IMG/VR virus record: IMGVR_UViG_3300013121_000037
Coordinates: 1 to 64,000 of that record
Source of the DNA: a virus
Lineage: Duplodnaviria > Caudoviricetes
Direction: 5' to 3' (one strand)
Length of the DNA: 64,000 bases
A program made the position numbers and the translations under genes. The notes under the pieces were generated by a model. That model saw only the letters and a list, made by a program, of their open reading frames with translations, did no database searches and was not told the DNA's origin. Within the stretch, counting starts at the first letter, position 1, and each line of letters starts with the position of its first letter. This document shows positions 8,546 through 18,796 of this stretch, piece after piece.

Positions 8546-10573
8546 CTACCCCGTCAATCGTAAATCCCCCCGATACCACTTCACTCGCTCCTGCCAGTGC
8601 TGTTCGGCCCGCTTTCGGCGGTCCCGCAGCACCTGGTCAGTAGTGGGTGCAGAGTGGAAAGAGGGATAGTTAGATTCCGGTGTGGAGTGGTCTGGGTCTG
8701 ACTGGTGGAGTCGCAACCCGGGTGTGGCGACAGCGGCAAACTCGATGATGAGTCCGCAAATATAGTGATTGCCGATACCCGTCTCCTCACCGGGATCACG
8801 AAAGCCTCTGCGCACCGGCATCAGGATGCCCACCTCCACCAGCATCCGGCGAATGGCCACCTGATGATTGGCATAGTTGGCGATACCCACCATCTCCAGC
8901 AACCTGCCCAGATAGGTCAGGGAAAGTTCGTGATACTGTTCCACGTTGGCACAGACCAGACGCAGCAGATCCTCTGCCTGCTGGCGGGAACAGTGGGCGG
9001 TGAGCATGATGGTTGGTAGCAGTGATAGCATAAATGGTGTCCACACAATTTCCCGTGCTGGTGCGGGTTCATGTTTTCCTTTGGCCCGGTGCCAGGTCGA
9101 TGGATCCAGCACCCGGAAACCACTCTGCTGCCAGGCATCGGCAGCATGCTCTAACTTCTCGGTCGAACCTTCCGGGTCAGACTGGTAACCGTTGTTCTGC
9201 CAGATCGCGGTGGCAGTGTTGTTGACCACCCGCTCCAGTTCCGGCAGGCCACCGTTGTTCCCGGAAAGGCGGTCGCTGAACGATTTGTGGGGCAGGTCGT
9301 TCAGAAAACCCAGGATGGCCGTTACCGCTTCTTCCTTGCTCTCGCCCTGTGCCCAGGCCATGCGCAGGGCCACCACCAGATACTTGCCTAAACTGTCCGG
9401 TTCGGCCTGCAACTTACCGGTGAGAAAATCCACAATGACCTGCGCACAGCGGCCCTCCAGTCTGGGCATGTTGCCCATGCCGCTGGCTGCTGACTGGTCA
9501 AAAGTAGACAGTCGAGTTTTGCGCAGCGGTGGACTGTCCGGGCAGTTGGAACAGGCAGCCAAAAGTTCCTGCTCCACCACGGTCAGGTTGCACGGTGACC
9601 GGTTCGGGTTGGTGAGCCAGGTCCAGTACGCGACGGCGTCATGGGCCAGATAGTCCACCTTGTGGCGGTCCTCACCCTGGCCCGCAAACCGGTAAGCGGG
9701 AATTTTTGGGACAAGCAACTGGTCGATGATGGCGGGTCGGGTGGGGAAGAGTGGCAGAAACACCGCCTGCAGGTTATCGGGATAGATCTCGACACCAGCC
9801 AGCCCGGGACAGTTTCGGCGCAGGTCGCCCACCCACTCCTGTACCTGCTCTAGGCGCCACAGTTCGGGCAGGACCAGGCCAACATGGCAGCTGCCATTGC
9901 CCGGATTCAGATTGGCGATATGGGGTGCCAGGTCGGCATGGTAACTTTGCAGGTAGGTCAGGATGGATAGCACCCGCTCACAGTGCCAGGTGGCTTCCAC
10001 CGCGCCGCCGTGGCGGTCGATGTCGAGCAAAAGGTGCCGGGTTGCCCAACCCTGCCGCACCCCCTCGTGTGCCAACCCCTGGCGATGCCGCCGCAGGTCC
10101 AGAAACCCGCTGACCGTGCGAACCTCCCGCCCCTGCTCGTCATAGAGGCCGCGAATGTGCTGGCGGTCACTGCCCACCTTCCAGAGATGCCTGAGTAATT
10201 CCCACGCCTCACCCTGGCGATACTGGTCGATGGGAACCACACTGCTCGCGGCATAGAGGTTGACCCAGGTGGCCTGAGCGGAGTGTTCGAGGTGCTGTAT
10301 CTGCTGGAGGTCGGCAGCGGTGGGTGGTGCGGCAGTATTGAGTCGGTAGCGCAGGTCCCGAACGGTGGCCGCTGGGACAGGTGCTTCGGGACAGCGGCGC
10401 CAACCGGTGGGCCACTCGTGCAGCAGCAGCAACTGGCCACTGGAGTCACCAGTAACCCGCTGACCGGCCTGCAGCCAGTCCAGACGGGTACGCCCCACAG
10501 ATTCCGCGGCCCGTGCCGAGAAAAAACCTGGTTGACCTGTTGACGTTGGGAGGGGGATGATTGTAAGATTCAT
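8546..10573 (-). CDS. probable AEP-type primase-polymerase / replication protein
   Basis: hhhDhD (LLLDID), sxH (GNGSCHV) and VEIYP motifs in N-terminal half; contains in-frame 33-bp repeat. Confidence 0.55.
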   Translation of the reverse strand: MNLTIIPLPTSTGQPGFFSARAAESVGRTRLDWLQAGQRVTGDSSGQLLLLHEWPTGWRRCPEAPVPAATVRDLRYRLNTAAPPTAADLQQIQHLEHSAQATWVNLYAASSVVPIDQYRQGEAWELLRHLWKVGSDRQHIRGLYDEQGREVRTVSGFLDLRRHRQGLAHEGVRQGWATRHLLLDIDRHGGAVEATWHCERVLSILTYLQSYHADLAPHIANLNPGNGSCHVGLVLPELWRLEQVQEWVGDLRRNCPGLAGVEIYPDNLQAVFLPLFPTRPAIIDQLLVPKIPAYRFAGQGEDRHKVDYLAHDAVAYWTWLTNPNRSPCNLTVVEQELLAACSNCPDSPPLRKTRLSTFDQSAASGMGNMPRLEGRCAQVIVDFLTGKLQAEPDSLGKYLVVALRMAWAQGESKEEAVTAILGFLNDLPHKSFSDRLSGNNGGLPELERVVNNTATAIWQNNGYQSDPEGSTEKLEHAADAWQQSGFRVLDPSTWHRAKGKHEPAPAREIVWTPFMLSLLPTIMLTAHCSRQQAEDLLRLVCANVEQYHELSLTYLGRLLEMVGIANYANHQVAIRRMLVEVGILMPVRRGFRDPGEETGIGNHYICGLIIEFAAVATPGLRLHQSDPDHSTPESNYPSFHSAPTTDQVLRDRRKRAEQHWQERVKWYRGDLRLTG

Positions 10574-10609
10574 TTCGTTACTTCTGATGCCGTCTCCGCT
10601 ACGAGACTT

Positions 10610-10638
10610 GAGAGCCGGGTTCCACAGACCCGGCTCTC
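10610..10638. terminator. stem-loop
   Basis: GAGAGCCGGGT-7nt-ACCCGGCTCTC. Confidence 0.45.
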
Positions 10639-10856
10639 TGCCTTTTCAGCACTTTACCCCACAGCCATTTCCCAGTTCCAGCACTCGCGGAAACCCGGAT
10701 TGATAGCGAAAGTTGTGCCATGCAACCGTAGTGAACAGGTGGTTACTGCGCAAAAGTAGACAGTTGCATTTTGCGCAGCAGGCGATTGCGGACACGGCAC
10801 AGGCGCTGTACCCTGACTGGTGGGGTGAGAAATTTCTACCTGTCGAGGGTGTGGTC

Positions 10857-11453
10857 ATGCGCGTGCTTGCTGGTGTCCTGTGTATGCTGGTGGCAGGGTG
10901 TGGTGGGAGCACTGGTAGTTTTCTGGGAGGATCTGGTTCTGGCCGCACTCTGCATGGGATAACCTTCACTCCAGTCTATGCGCAAAACGCGCCGCATACC
11001 TATGCCATGCTCATGGTGACTGCCGAGAATCGAAGCACGACCCAGATTGTGCGTCTGGTACAGGCAGACGGAACACCAGTGGTAACCGAATGGCAGTTCT
11101 CAGACAACCACGGTAATAATCTGACCTTGCCACCGGCAGATCCAGCAGCGGGACCACTGCCACTGTCAGCCCTTTATCCACCCCAACACATTGTTATTCT
11201 TCCAGCACTGTCGGTTAGGTTGCTGGCCAGCGCCACCACCCTAAACGCCAAACTGGCCATCACCCTGGACGGCAAAACCCAGTCCTGTTCCTGGTCATTT
11301 CCAGTACGACACCGCAAGGAACTGATTCCGCAGGTACTAACCGAATTGATCCCCAGAAAATCCACCGTGACTCCAGTAGAACACGAACTGTTCTGGCTTA
11401 ACCCCCAGTACAAGGTCATTGCCGAAAAGTTGGCGAAGGTTCAGGACTTGTAG
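10857..11453 (+). CDS. putative lipoprotein
   Basis: Signal peptide with lipobox LVAG-C followed by Gly/Ser linker. Confidence 0.65.
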   Translation: MRVLAGVLCMLVAGCGGSTGSFLGGSGSGRTLHGITFTPVYAQNAPHTYAMLMVTAENRSTTQIVRLVQADGTPVVTEWQFSDNHGNNLTLPPADPAAGPLPLSALYPPQHIVILPALSVRLLASATTLNAKLAITLDGKTQSCSWSFPVRHRKELIPQVLTELIPRKSTVTPVEHELFWLNPQYKVIAEKLAKVQDL

Positions 11454-11941
11454 AGCTTGTAGTCCGCGAAATTCAGTTGGGTAATCCGCAGCGCCTCACC
11501 AGAACTGTCGTCAGGTCGTACCCCCAGCGCAATACCCTGATCGGCAGTCCATGGTTTCTTGCGGAGATACCGATAGATTCCCGACACTGTGAACACCTTG
11601 GTGATGCCATCAGGTGCCCAGGCAATGGCTGCTGGTGTTATCACCCTGGAGTGAAAAGACTCGTTGGGGTCGCCACTATTCTCCAGAGGGAGAACTGGGA
11701 GTTCGCCTATTCTGGTCGCTGTCCAGTGCCAGACACGAATGGTATACGCTGCCGATGTCTTTACCACCCGTGCCGTGGTGCCATCTGCTGCTGGCGTGGA
11801 CAGTGGCACCAGCAACTTCCCCTCTTCGGTTTCCAGGGAATTGGTCCAGTCGTAAACTGTGGGCGTCTTGCGGTGCGCTGCATTGATGCTGGAATCGACT
11901 TCCGGCAAACTCGGCACCACGTCAATCAGGGTTGTGGTCAT
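11441..11941 (-). CDS. hypothetical tail-region protein
   Basis: Coupled to 11938-13431 by ATGA overlap. Confidence 0.5.
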   Translation of the reverse strand: MTTTLIDVVPSLPEVDSSINAAHRKTPTVYDWTNSLETEEGKLLVPLSTPAADGTTARVVKTSAAYTIRVWHWTATRIGELPVLPLENSGDPNESFHSRVITPAAIAWAPDGITKVFTVSGIYRYLRKKPWTADQGIALGVRPDDSSGEALRITQLNFADYKLYKS

Positions 11942-13431
11942 TGTGGGTTACTCGCAATGCGGTTGCGTGGTTGTGTGGGCACCGTAAGCACCTGAGAGGG
12001 ATCGGACAAAACCTGCGCGGCCAGTGCTGCCAGATAGGCACCACGACATTGACCGTTGCCAGGTGGAGAGTTTGGCCCCTGCCCCGTACCAGTTTGACTG
12101 ACGGCATCACGCACAGCAATGTCGCCACTGGCATCCTTGATATTATCGGTAACGCCTTCCGTGGTGGGAAATACCAGTGTGGTGTTAGGAATTTTTGTAC
12201 CAGTGCCACCAGTTGCTAATATCCGTGCTGCTCTGGCAATTGCTCCTTCCAATGCCATGCACGAGACGGCTACATAATTATCCATCAAGTCGCGAGTTTC
12301 CGTCACTAAAAACCCATACGCTGCCTGAGTAGCACCGTTCAGTTGCTGTGCCAGCACCCGATGCGCCACATAAGATAGCGTCCGATGATTGGTGGTGGTG
12401 GTGCCAAACACCTCCACCTGAATCTGATGGACAATACCAGGGAAAGAACTGTTCAGGAACCCCACCACAGACCGGCCCGCCTGAACTGCCTGGCCCACTC
12501 GACTTGGAGGCCGACCTGGATTGGTTTGCTGCCGCCTTCGTTCCTCAGCACGCTGCCGGCTATCCTCACCCATGGCAATATCTGCCGCAGCGCCTATGGC
12601 ATTCCCACCCATCGTGAGAAAATCGACCGATTTGGCTTCCACGCTATGCGTACCACGAATGTTCACCACCCCCGCAGCCTTGATGGATAGTTTTACCTCG
12701 CGGTCAGTCACCACATAGAGCAGTTCGTTGCCTTCTTCGGTGGCAGTAATCTCCACGGTGTCCCGCCGAAATCCCTGCGGAATGGGATGCAACAGGGATG
12801 AGCGAAAATCATCCGGCACCTTGCCCAGTTCGTAGAGACGGTCGGTGCGAAACAATGCCCGCCCGCGTATCGTCCGCACCACCCGGTAATGATCGGCGGA
12901 ATCCAGCGTCTCCGCCATCTCCCAGTTATTGGAGATCAAGCAGGGATTCGTCTGGGTGGAGTTTTGCAACCCCACCTCCGATATCCAGGTTTCTACCTGC
13001 ACGTCCACCTGAAACGTCTTGGACCCATGCACTTTCGTCACCCGGGCCACCTTGCAAATGGGACCATTGTTGGCGTCGATGTATCTGGCCGGATTGCCCA
13101 CCGCAGGCGTGTTGATGAGATCCACGTCACCAATGCGATAAATGATCTTCCTTTGCGGCAATTCCAGATGCTGCCGAATCGCTTCCTCGGTTTCCGGGGC
13201 AATCTTCCCCGTGCTATATCGAAACGACCCGGGAGGTTTCCGCTCATAAGTGGTCAGGGCTGGGTTGTAAATACACCCAACCTCCAACGAGAAATGTGTG
13301 TACAGATATCGACCTCTATTATCCAGAATTGGGGTTTTCTGGTAACTGCGGGTCAGCACGGCCTCCAGGTCGATGCCGTTGATTTGCAGTCGGTGTCCCA
13401 GGTTGCTTTCCACCAGTGCCATGACTATCAC
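11938..13431 (-). CDS. hypothetical tail/baseplate-region protein
   Basis: 497-aa ORF directly downstream of the tape-measure-position gene. Confidence 0.5.
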   Translation of the reverse strand: MIVMALVESNLGHRLQINGIDLEAVLTRSYQKTPILDNRGRYLYTHFSLEVGCIYNPALTTYERKPPGSFRYSTGKIAPETEEAIRQHLELPQRKIIYRIGDVDLINTPAVGNPARYIDANNGPICKVARVTKVHGSKTFQVDVQVETWISEVGLQNSTQTNPCLISNNWEMAETLDSADHYRVVRTIRGRALFRTDRLYELGKVPDDFRSSLLHPIPQGFRRDTVEITATEEGNELLYVVTDREVKLSIKAAGVVNIRGTHSVEAKSVDFLTMGGNAIGAAADIAMGEDSRQRAEERRRQQTNPGRPPSRVGQAVQAGRSVVGFLNSSFPGIVHQIQVEVFGTTTTNHRTLSYVAHRVLAQQLNGATQAAYGFLVTETRDLMDNYVAVSCMALEGAIARAARILATGGTGTKIPNTTLVFPTTEGVTDNIKDASGDIAVRDAVSQTGTGQGPNSPPGNGQCRGAYLAALAAQVLSDPSQVLTVPTQPRNRIASNPQ

Positions 13432-13455
13432 TCCTGCTGCGCAAAACTAGACTGT

Positions 13456-16296
13456 TTAGTTTTGCGCAGTTGCTTCATTGTTACGCCTGCTCTGATGCCG
13501 CTGCACCACGGAAGGAGCGCGGTTCTCAACTCCTGGCATCGAACCACGCACACCGCTGCTTTGTCCCAGTTTGCCCTTGAGATCACGCAGTTCCTTGCCA
13601 TTGTCCTTGAGGGTGCTCAGGATTTCCTTCAGCACTCCCAGGATTTCCCCGGTGTTGAGGCCCCGGCCAGCCCCACCTTGCGTATCACGGAACAGGTCAC
13701 TGCCCGCCAGGCCCACCCGCCGCTGCTCCAGCAGAGTGCCGGACGAACTCAGACGCGCCGCTGGTGGCAGCGGCCCACCACCGCTGCTGGCCACTCCAGT
13801 CACAGCGTCAGTCAGTGCTGCGGTCACTGGTTCTGCCACCACCCCGCCAGCAGCAGCAGCACCTGGAGCAGATACCGGTGCTGGTGTCATGGTAGCGGGT
13901 GCCGCCGCTAACCGTGGTGTGGGTTGTGCTGCTACTGGCGTGCTGGTAGGTATTTGCACACGACCAGGGCGCTGCCCGGCCATCTGAACAACAGACGGTC
14001 CAACGCGGTCAGGCAGGCCACCAGCACGCCCATGATTGGTAATAGCCGGGACAGTTAGCGCTGCTCGTTGTGGCCGCACAGTGGCGGTCTGTTCAGAAGT
14101 GCCAGGGGTAGCACTTGCCAGTGTTTTCGGCAACGGCACCTGACCTGGAATTGTGCTGGTGTCGTGAGCAACCCGTCGTGCGGACTGGTGTTCTACTGCG
14201 CTGGTGGGTAGGGTAACTGTCGGCACTGGCACGGAAGCAACGCCGCTGGCGTCAGAAAACTGCGCTGGCACTGGTGCTGGAGTCAACAATTCCGGAGCGG
14301 TTAGTGATGTTCGTGGTGGCGCACCTACCTGTTCGCCAGCAGCAACCACTGCTGGCCGATCCACGACTGTATCTGTCGTGTCGCTGGCAGGGTGCTCCAG
14401 CGCAGTGGTGGTGGCCAACCTGCCAGGCGTGCGTGCCGATTCATGGTTTGACTCTCCAGTTACCTGCCCCGGCAAGCGGAATGGACTGCTCTCTGGCCAG
14501 GAAGAACCAGCAGAAACGGTCAACCGCTGTGGTTGAAGTGCTTCAGTCGCGACTCCCGGTTCTTGCTGAGTAGCAACCACACGCTCACCCGGATCGACCA
14601 CCGCTTGCTGCGCTTGACCGCCCGTATCAGTCGTCCCTGCCGCATACCGGTGTCTGGGGTCCAGTGGATCGGGATTCAGGTTCTCGGCATGCTTGATCTG
14701 GGTGGGTTCAAAGGCAATCACCACCTGATGCTCGTCAACGCCCGGAACTTTCTGACCGGGACGTGCCCCGAACTGTCCCTTGTGGGTGATACCATCAAAC
14801 CCTTGCGACTGCAGCCACTTTTTAGCCTGGGTTTTGCTACCAAAACCACCCTGTTCTGCAGCACCGCTCAGTTTTTCGTACAGCCATTTTCCAGTTGGCT
14901 GGGCATCCGGATTATCCTGTCCCTGAAACTCACGGGTAAGCGCTGTGCTAATCTCCTCTGGCAGTTTGTCGTACAGGTTTTTGGGCAACGGTGCGTCAAT
15001 GTCGAACGGATTCTTGACACGCAGGTAAGCCGGGAGTACATGCCCTTCCGGTTCCGTAAACAGGTCGGTGGTACTGGCGCCGTAGGTGGTCTGCTTGAAA
15101 CCTATCCTGTCAACAGGCCGAACCGAGTTGGACTGGGAGGTAACTACCCTTTCCAGATCGGACAAATCCTCTGCTCGCTCCAGCAGTTTCAGTCGCTCTA
15201 AAGCATCCCCCCATCTTTTTTCGATGCCGTATATCACGTCTTCCAGGTGAGCGTATCTTTTGTAAAGTTCCTGGTCACCACCAGGATTGTCGCTAGTTAT
15301 GGAGTCCTTGAACGCAGCATACGCGGCAATTTGAGCAGTTTTGGTAGCAGCAATTTTGGGCAACGCTTGCGCCTGCGCAGACTTCAGTATTTCCCTGAGT
15401 CTTTCCTTCGCCACTGCTGGCGGAACCAGCCACTCCTTCACACCAACAGATTGCGTCAGGCCACTGCTACGCTTCTGGTAATCCCTGGCGATTTCTTCGC
15501 GGTCTGTAAAGTAGAATCCTGGTCCATACAGCAGGTTTTCTGGATTACTCAGTTTTTCCAGATCAAATTTTTCAAACTCGTCCCACGGCGAACCGTGAAA
15601 CATCTTGCGCGGTTTACCTTCCTCCGTGACAATCTTGCTGTCACCAAACCACGCCCGTTGTGCTGGCGAGAGATTGTCCACCCGCTCGCCAGGGTCCACC
15701 ACGGCCCGCTTCCCAGCACCGGTGTCAGTGGTGCCTGCCGCAAAGCGGTGCGTGGCCGGATGCGTGGCATCGCTCTGACGCTGCTGCAGTTCCGCAGTGG
15801 CAGCCGCGACGGCCAGCGGTTCCAGTGCTGGCGGCACCTGTCGTGTTTTCTCAGCCAGGTCCCGGGGCAACACCACCGAATGCGGTGCCAGGTCCGCCAG
15901 CACCGGTTTTGGTCCCACATCCCGCTGGCCCCCACGCATATCCCGCACCCGTTCCTGTGGAGCAGGTGGTTCCAGGTGAGCACTGCTTATGCCAGCGGGT
16001 GGTGGCTCCAGTGTGGCAGTTGTGTTCAGCCAGTCGGACAAGCGTTCAGGATGAACCAGCAACGGCGATTCGTCGGGAGTGACCGCAGAGGACAGACGCT
16101 CCGAGGGGAAGGAACGCAGCAGTGCGGCCAGTGCCGGCCCAGGCATTCCTGAATTATCCGGTGGTGCCTGGGTGGGCAAACTGAGGCGCTGCTGGTCAGG
16201 AATTTTCTCGGGAAGTGCGAGGTTTTTTCGTGGCATGCGCTCACCAGTGTGACTTGGCCTGCGCCCGGTTTCGCGCCGCGGCATCGGTGAACTCAA
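13456..16296 (-). CDS. tape-measure-position protein carrying an ART-PolyVal-like ADP-ribosyltransferase domain
   Basis: WFGDSKIV...MFHGS...GPGFYFTD...PAYLRVKNPF...GFDGI...IAFEPTQIK; located just after tail chaperones. Confidence 0.65.
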   Translation of the reverse strand: MSSPMPRRETGRRPSHTGERMPRKNLALPEKIPDQQRLSLPTQAPPDNSGMPGPALAALLRSFPSERLSSAVTPDESPLLVHPERLSDWLNTTATLEPPPAGISSAHLEPPAPQERVRDMRGGQRDVGPKPVLADLAPHSVVLPRDLAEKTRQVPPALEPLAVAAATAELQQRQSDATHPATHRFAAGTTDTGAGKRAVVDPGERVDNLSPAQRAWFGDSKIVTEEGKPRKMFHGSPWDEFEKFDLEKLSNPENLLYGPGFYFTDREEIARDYQKRSSGLTQSVGVKEWLVPPAVAKERLREILKSAQAQALPKIAATKTAQIAAYAAFKDSITSDNPGGDQELYKRYAHLEDVIYGIEKRWGDALERLKLLERAEDLSDLERVVTSQSNSVRPVDRIGFKQTTYGASTTDLFTEPEGHVLPAYLRVKNPFDIDAPLPKNLYDKLPEEISTALTREFQGQDNPDAQPTGKWLYEKLSGAAEQGGFGSKTQAKKWLQSQGFDGITHKGQFGARPGQKVPGVDEHQVVIAFEPTQIKHAENLNPDPLDPRHRYAAGTTDTGGQAQQAVVDPGERVVATQQEPGVATEALQPQRLTVSAGSSWPESSPFRLPGQVTGESNHESARTPGRLATTTALEHPASDTTDTVVDRPAVVAAGEQVGAPPRTSLTAPELLTPAPVPAQFSDASGVASVPVPTVTLPTSAVEHQSARRVAHDTSTIPGQVPLPKTLASATPGTSEQTATVRPQRAALTVPAITNHGRAGGLPDRVGPSVVQMAGQRPGRVQIPTSTPVAAQPTPRLAAAPATMTPAPVSAPGAAAAGGVVAEPVTAALTDAVTGVASSGGGPLPPAARLSSSGTLLEQRRVGLAGSDLFRDTQGGAGRGLNTGEILGVLKEILSTLKDNGKELRDLKGKLGQSSGVRGSMPGVENRAPSVVQRHQSRRNNEATAQN

Positions 16297-16474
16297 CTTC
16301 TGCCACCTGCTCCTCTAGCAAGCACAGAGCATCATACCAGGCAGTATCCAGTTCCCCTTCCGTCAACGCCACCTCGATACCACGACAGACCTCAATGGCT
16401 TTCTGCAAGCGTACACGGGGTACGTTCAGCCACAGGCCAATCTGGGCCTCGTAAGGCATGGTGGCCAGATTCAA
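16241..16474 (-). CDS. tail assembly chaperone, frameshifted extension (gpT-like part)
   Basis: In -1 frame relative to 16471-16812 and open back to the slippery site. Confidence 0.65.
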   Translation of the reverse strand: MNLATMPYEAQIGLWLNVPRVRLQKAIEVCRGIEVALTEGELDTAWYDALCLLEEQVAEVEFTDAAARNRAQAKSHW

Positions 16475-16812
16475 TCCGCCGTAGGTGCAGTGGAGGTCGG
16501 CGACGGTGCGGTACTCTTTTTTTTTGTGTCCAGCCAGTTCAGGAACTGTTCCAGCACCTCCAGCACCTCGCCCTCCGTGGTGCCTTCCCCGGTGGCCGAG
16601 TCAAAGGCCGGCAGGTCAAAGGTATCGCAGACCACCTGCACCAATTTATCCGTGGCCGGTGAGGACACCTTTTCATCGGCGCTGATGTGCTGGTTCAGCA
16701 ACTCCTTGAACTGCCCGTCACTGTGAAACCACAACAACCGGAGCAGTTTGGCCGGATCACCAAAGACGACTTTCCCACCCACCTCATACGCGAAAATCTT
16801 CTTCTCAATCAT
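16471..16812 (-). CDS. tail assembly chaperone (gpG-like)
   Basis: Between tail tube and TMP-position gene; ends with A AAA AAG slippery run. Confidence 0.65.
   Translation of the reverse strand: MIEKKIFAYEVGGKVVFGDPAKLLRLLWFHSDGQFKELLNQHISADEKVSSPATDKLVQVVCDTFDLPAFDSATGEGTTEGEVLEVLEQFLNWLDTKKKSTAPSPTSTAPTAD
16516..16525 (-). other. programmed -1 ribosomal frameshift site
   Basis: AAAAAAAAAG on minus strand; -1 frame reads KKEYRTVADLHCTYGGLNLATM without a stop. Confidence 0.75.
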
Positions 16813-17420
16813 GACTGATACCAGTTCAGATTTTCCACCGCCGACACGTCTTCGTCGTACAGCAAGAGATTGTTGCCGACGACGCCACGCATGGCCTGGA
16901 AGGTCAACTGCATCTTGTTGGCCTTCGTGCCAGTCTTGCGTACCGGTTTGCCCACCAGCATCGAGTAGGGAAAGCGCTGACCCTGGGGCATCTTGCCGTT
17001 ATTGGCGTTCTGGTACGCTGTCTTCGCCGAGTACGGGAAGAGACACCACAGACTGATAGCCAACCCCTCGGTCAGGATTGCGCTGCCCACATCACCATAC
17101 CCATTGGCGGCCCCACGCACCACGTTGACGCCCCGCACCGAACCGTTGCGGTAGGGCAACGCCATCACCCGGCGCACCGTCGTCTCTCGCCACCAGGTCA
17201 GCACCACAGAAACGACCGCTTCAGATCCCTCATGTAGCCTATCCATGGGCAGTTTCGAGCCCCAGACATCATTCATCACCGGTTCATGTTCGAGATTTTC
17301 CTCGATGTCCGGTGCGGTTTCGCCCGTCCCCAGGAACTCGATGGTGGCGATGCTGCTGGAACCTGGATTGCGAAAACCCACAAAAAGACCAACCGGCCCC
17401 GTGACATAAGCCTGTGCCAT
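16809..17420 (-). CDS. probable major tail (tube) protein
   Basis: 203 aa, beta-rich, immediately upstream of the frameshifted chaperone pair. Confidence 0.55.
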   Translation of the reverse strand: MAQAYVTGPVGLFVGFRNPGSSSIATIEFLGTGETAPDIEENLEHEPVMNDVWGSKLPMDRLHEGSEAVVSVVLTWWRETTVRRVMALPYRNGSVRGVNVVRGAANGYGDVGSAILTEGLAISLWCLFPYSAKTAYQNANNGKMPQGQRFPYSMLVGKPVRKTGTKANKMQLTFQAMRGVVGNNLLLYDEDVSAVENLNWYQS

Positions 17421-17576
17421 TGCCTCTCTCCTCTATCTGGAATCTGCCCCGGCAGATCTGTCAACAAAGGTCTGTTCCAGATAGCGAAGATGGCATAAGC
17501 ACCCGTCCTGAATCCAACGGATTGCCAGCAGCGATGTCAGGCACTGCGCAAAAGTAGACAGTCGCATTTTGCGCGG

Positions 17577-18104
17577 CTACTCATCTTGATCTGACCACGC
17601 TGCCCTGTTTCCGAATAATCTTCTACTTTGGTAGCTGACTTCGGCGCGATCCCTGACCTTTGCTTCGGTCATTTTTGGAGACTGCACCACGCCGGCATCG
17701 ACGGCCTCGACCGTGCCAAACAGACGTTCTCCCTTGCGGATAAGTTCGAGTTCGTCGAGTGCTTCCTTGATGAGGGGCGGCATGGGCATCTCCAGGTCCG
17801 GGCGGCGTTCCCAGAGGAAGAGGGTGGTCAGGCGAGAGAGCAGACGGTAGAGATGGGCCTGCGCGGCACCAGTGAGGGCCGCCAGGTCGGTGGGAGAGTA
17901 GCGCCCGCTGACCAGACAGGCGGCTTCCACGGCGCCGGTGGCGTCCAGCAGGGCCGCGGCCAGATTGGGGTCGCTGGCCAGCGCTCCGTCCGCGATGGCC
18001 GTGCCCGTGTCGCTGCACAACCGGGCCACCGTGCGCTTGTCGCATCGTGCCAGGTAGGCGGCCACGGGCAGCAGGGAAGTCGAGTTGGTTAAGGGTGTGA
18101 CCAT
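17577..18104 (-). CDS. head-tail adaptor (Mu gp36/DUF1320-like)
   Basis: AALLDATGAVEAA...RYSP...LFLWERR...EALDELELIRKG pattern. Confidence 0.6.
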   Translation of the reverse strand: MVTPLTNSTSLLPVAAYLARCDKRTVARLCSDTGTAIADGALASDPNLAAALLDATGAVEAACLVSGRYSPTDLAALTGAAQAHLYRLLSRLTTLFLWERRPDLEMPMPPLIKEALDELELIRKGERLFGTVEAVDAGVVQSPKMTEAKVRDRAEVSYQSRRLFGNRAAWSDQDE

Positions 18105-18406
18105 GCTGGCATTGTGCCAGCAGATGGCGTCCCAAAGCGAAAGCAGCGGGTTGGATATGGGATATCCCATATCCAACCCGCTGGTGGTTCAGCGGGGGTC
18201 ATGCTCGCAGTGGTTGCCCAGCGCCAACTTGCTGGTTGCGGCCAGGTTAGCTATGGCAGAGTGATAGACGCCACGGTTCGCCAGTTCGTACAACCGCTCT
18301 GCCAGTCGAGCGAGAACCACCCAATCGGCAGACTCGAGCGCGGCCGGGATCTCCACCGAGGCCAACCGCTGCCCTTCGCTCTGGATTTCCTCAATAGCAC
18401 GACTCA

Positions 18407-18757
18407 TCACAGCCACCTTTCCCCTGCGTTGAAGCGGTCGCACAGTTCCTGAACACGTTCCAGGGTTTCACCTGTGTACATCACCCCATTCCTGAACGCT
18501 GGCAGGTAGGGGCGGATCCCCTTGCGCCAGTCCTGGCGGTCGATGTACTCGGCACCACAACCCACAATGCTGAGAAGTGGTTTGCGGGTATCGGTCACCC
18601 ACACATACGGCTCCACCTGCACCTTGCGCGGTTTCTTCGGTCTGGAACCTTCCTTCTTGGCATTCTCGGGAATGGTGTTGAGGAATCGCCCGCCCTTATA
18701 CCATTCACCATTCGCACCGTACTCGCCACCCTTCTTCGCCCGTGCCATCGCTCTCAC
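18407..18757 (-). CDS. hypothetical protein
   Basis: MARAKKGGEYGANGEWYKGGRFL; RBS GAGGTGAG. Confidence 0.6.
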   Translation of the reverse strand: MRAMARAKKGGEYGANGEWYKGGRFLNTIPENAKKEGSRPKKPRKVQVEPYVWVTDTRKPLLSIVGCGAEYIDRQDWRKGIRPYLPAFRNGVMYTGETLERVQELCDRFNAGERWL

Positions 18758-18796
18758 CTCTCAACTGGTGGCGCTGGGCACGCCACCGAACCATTG

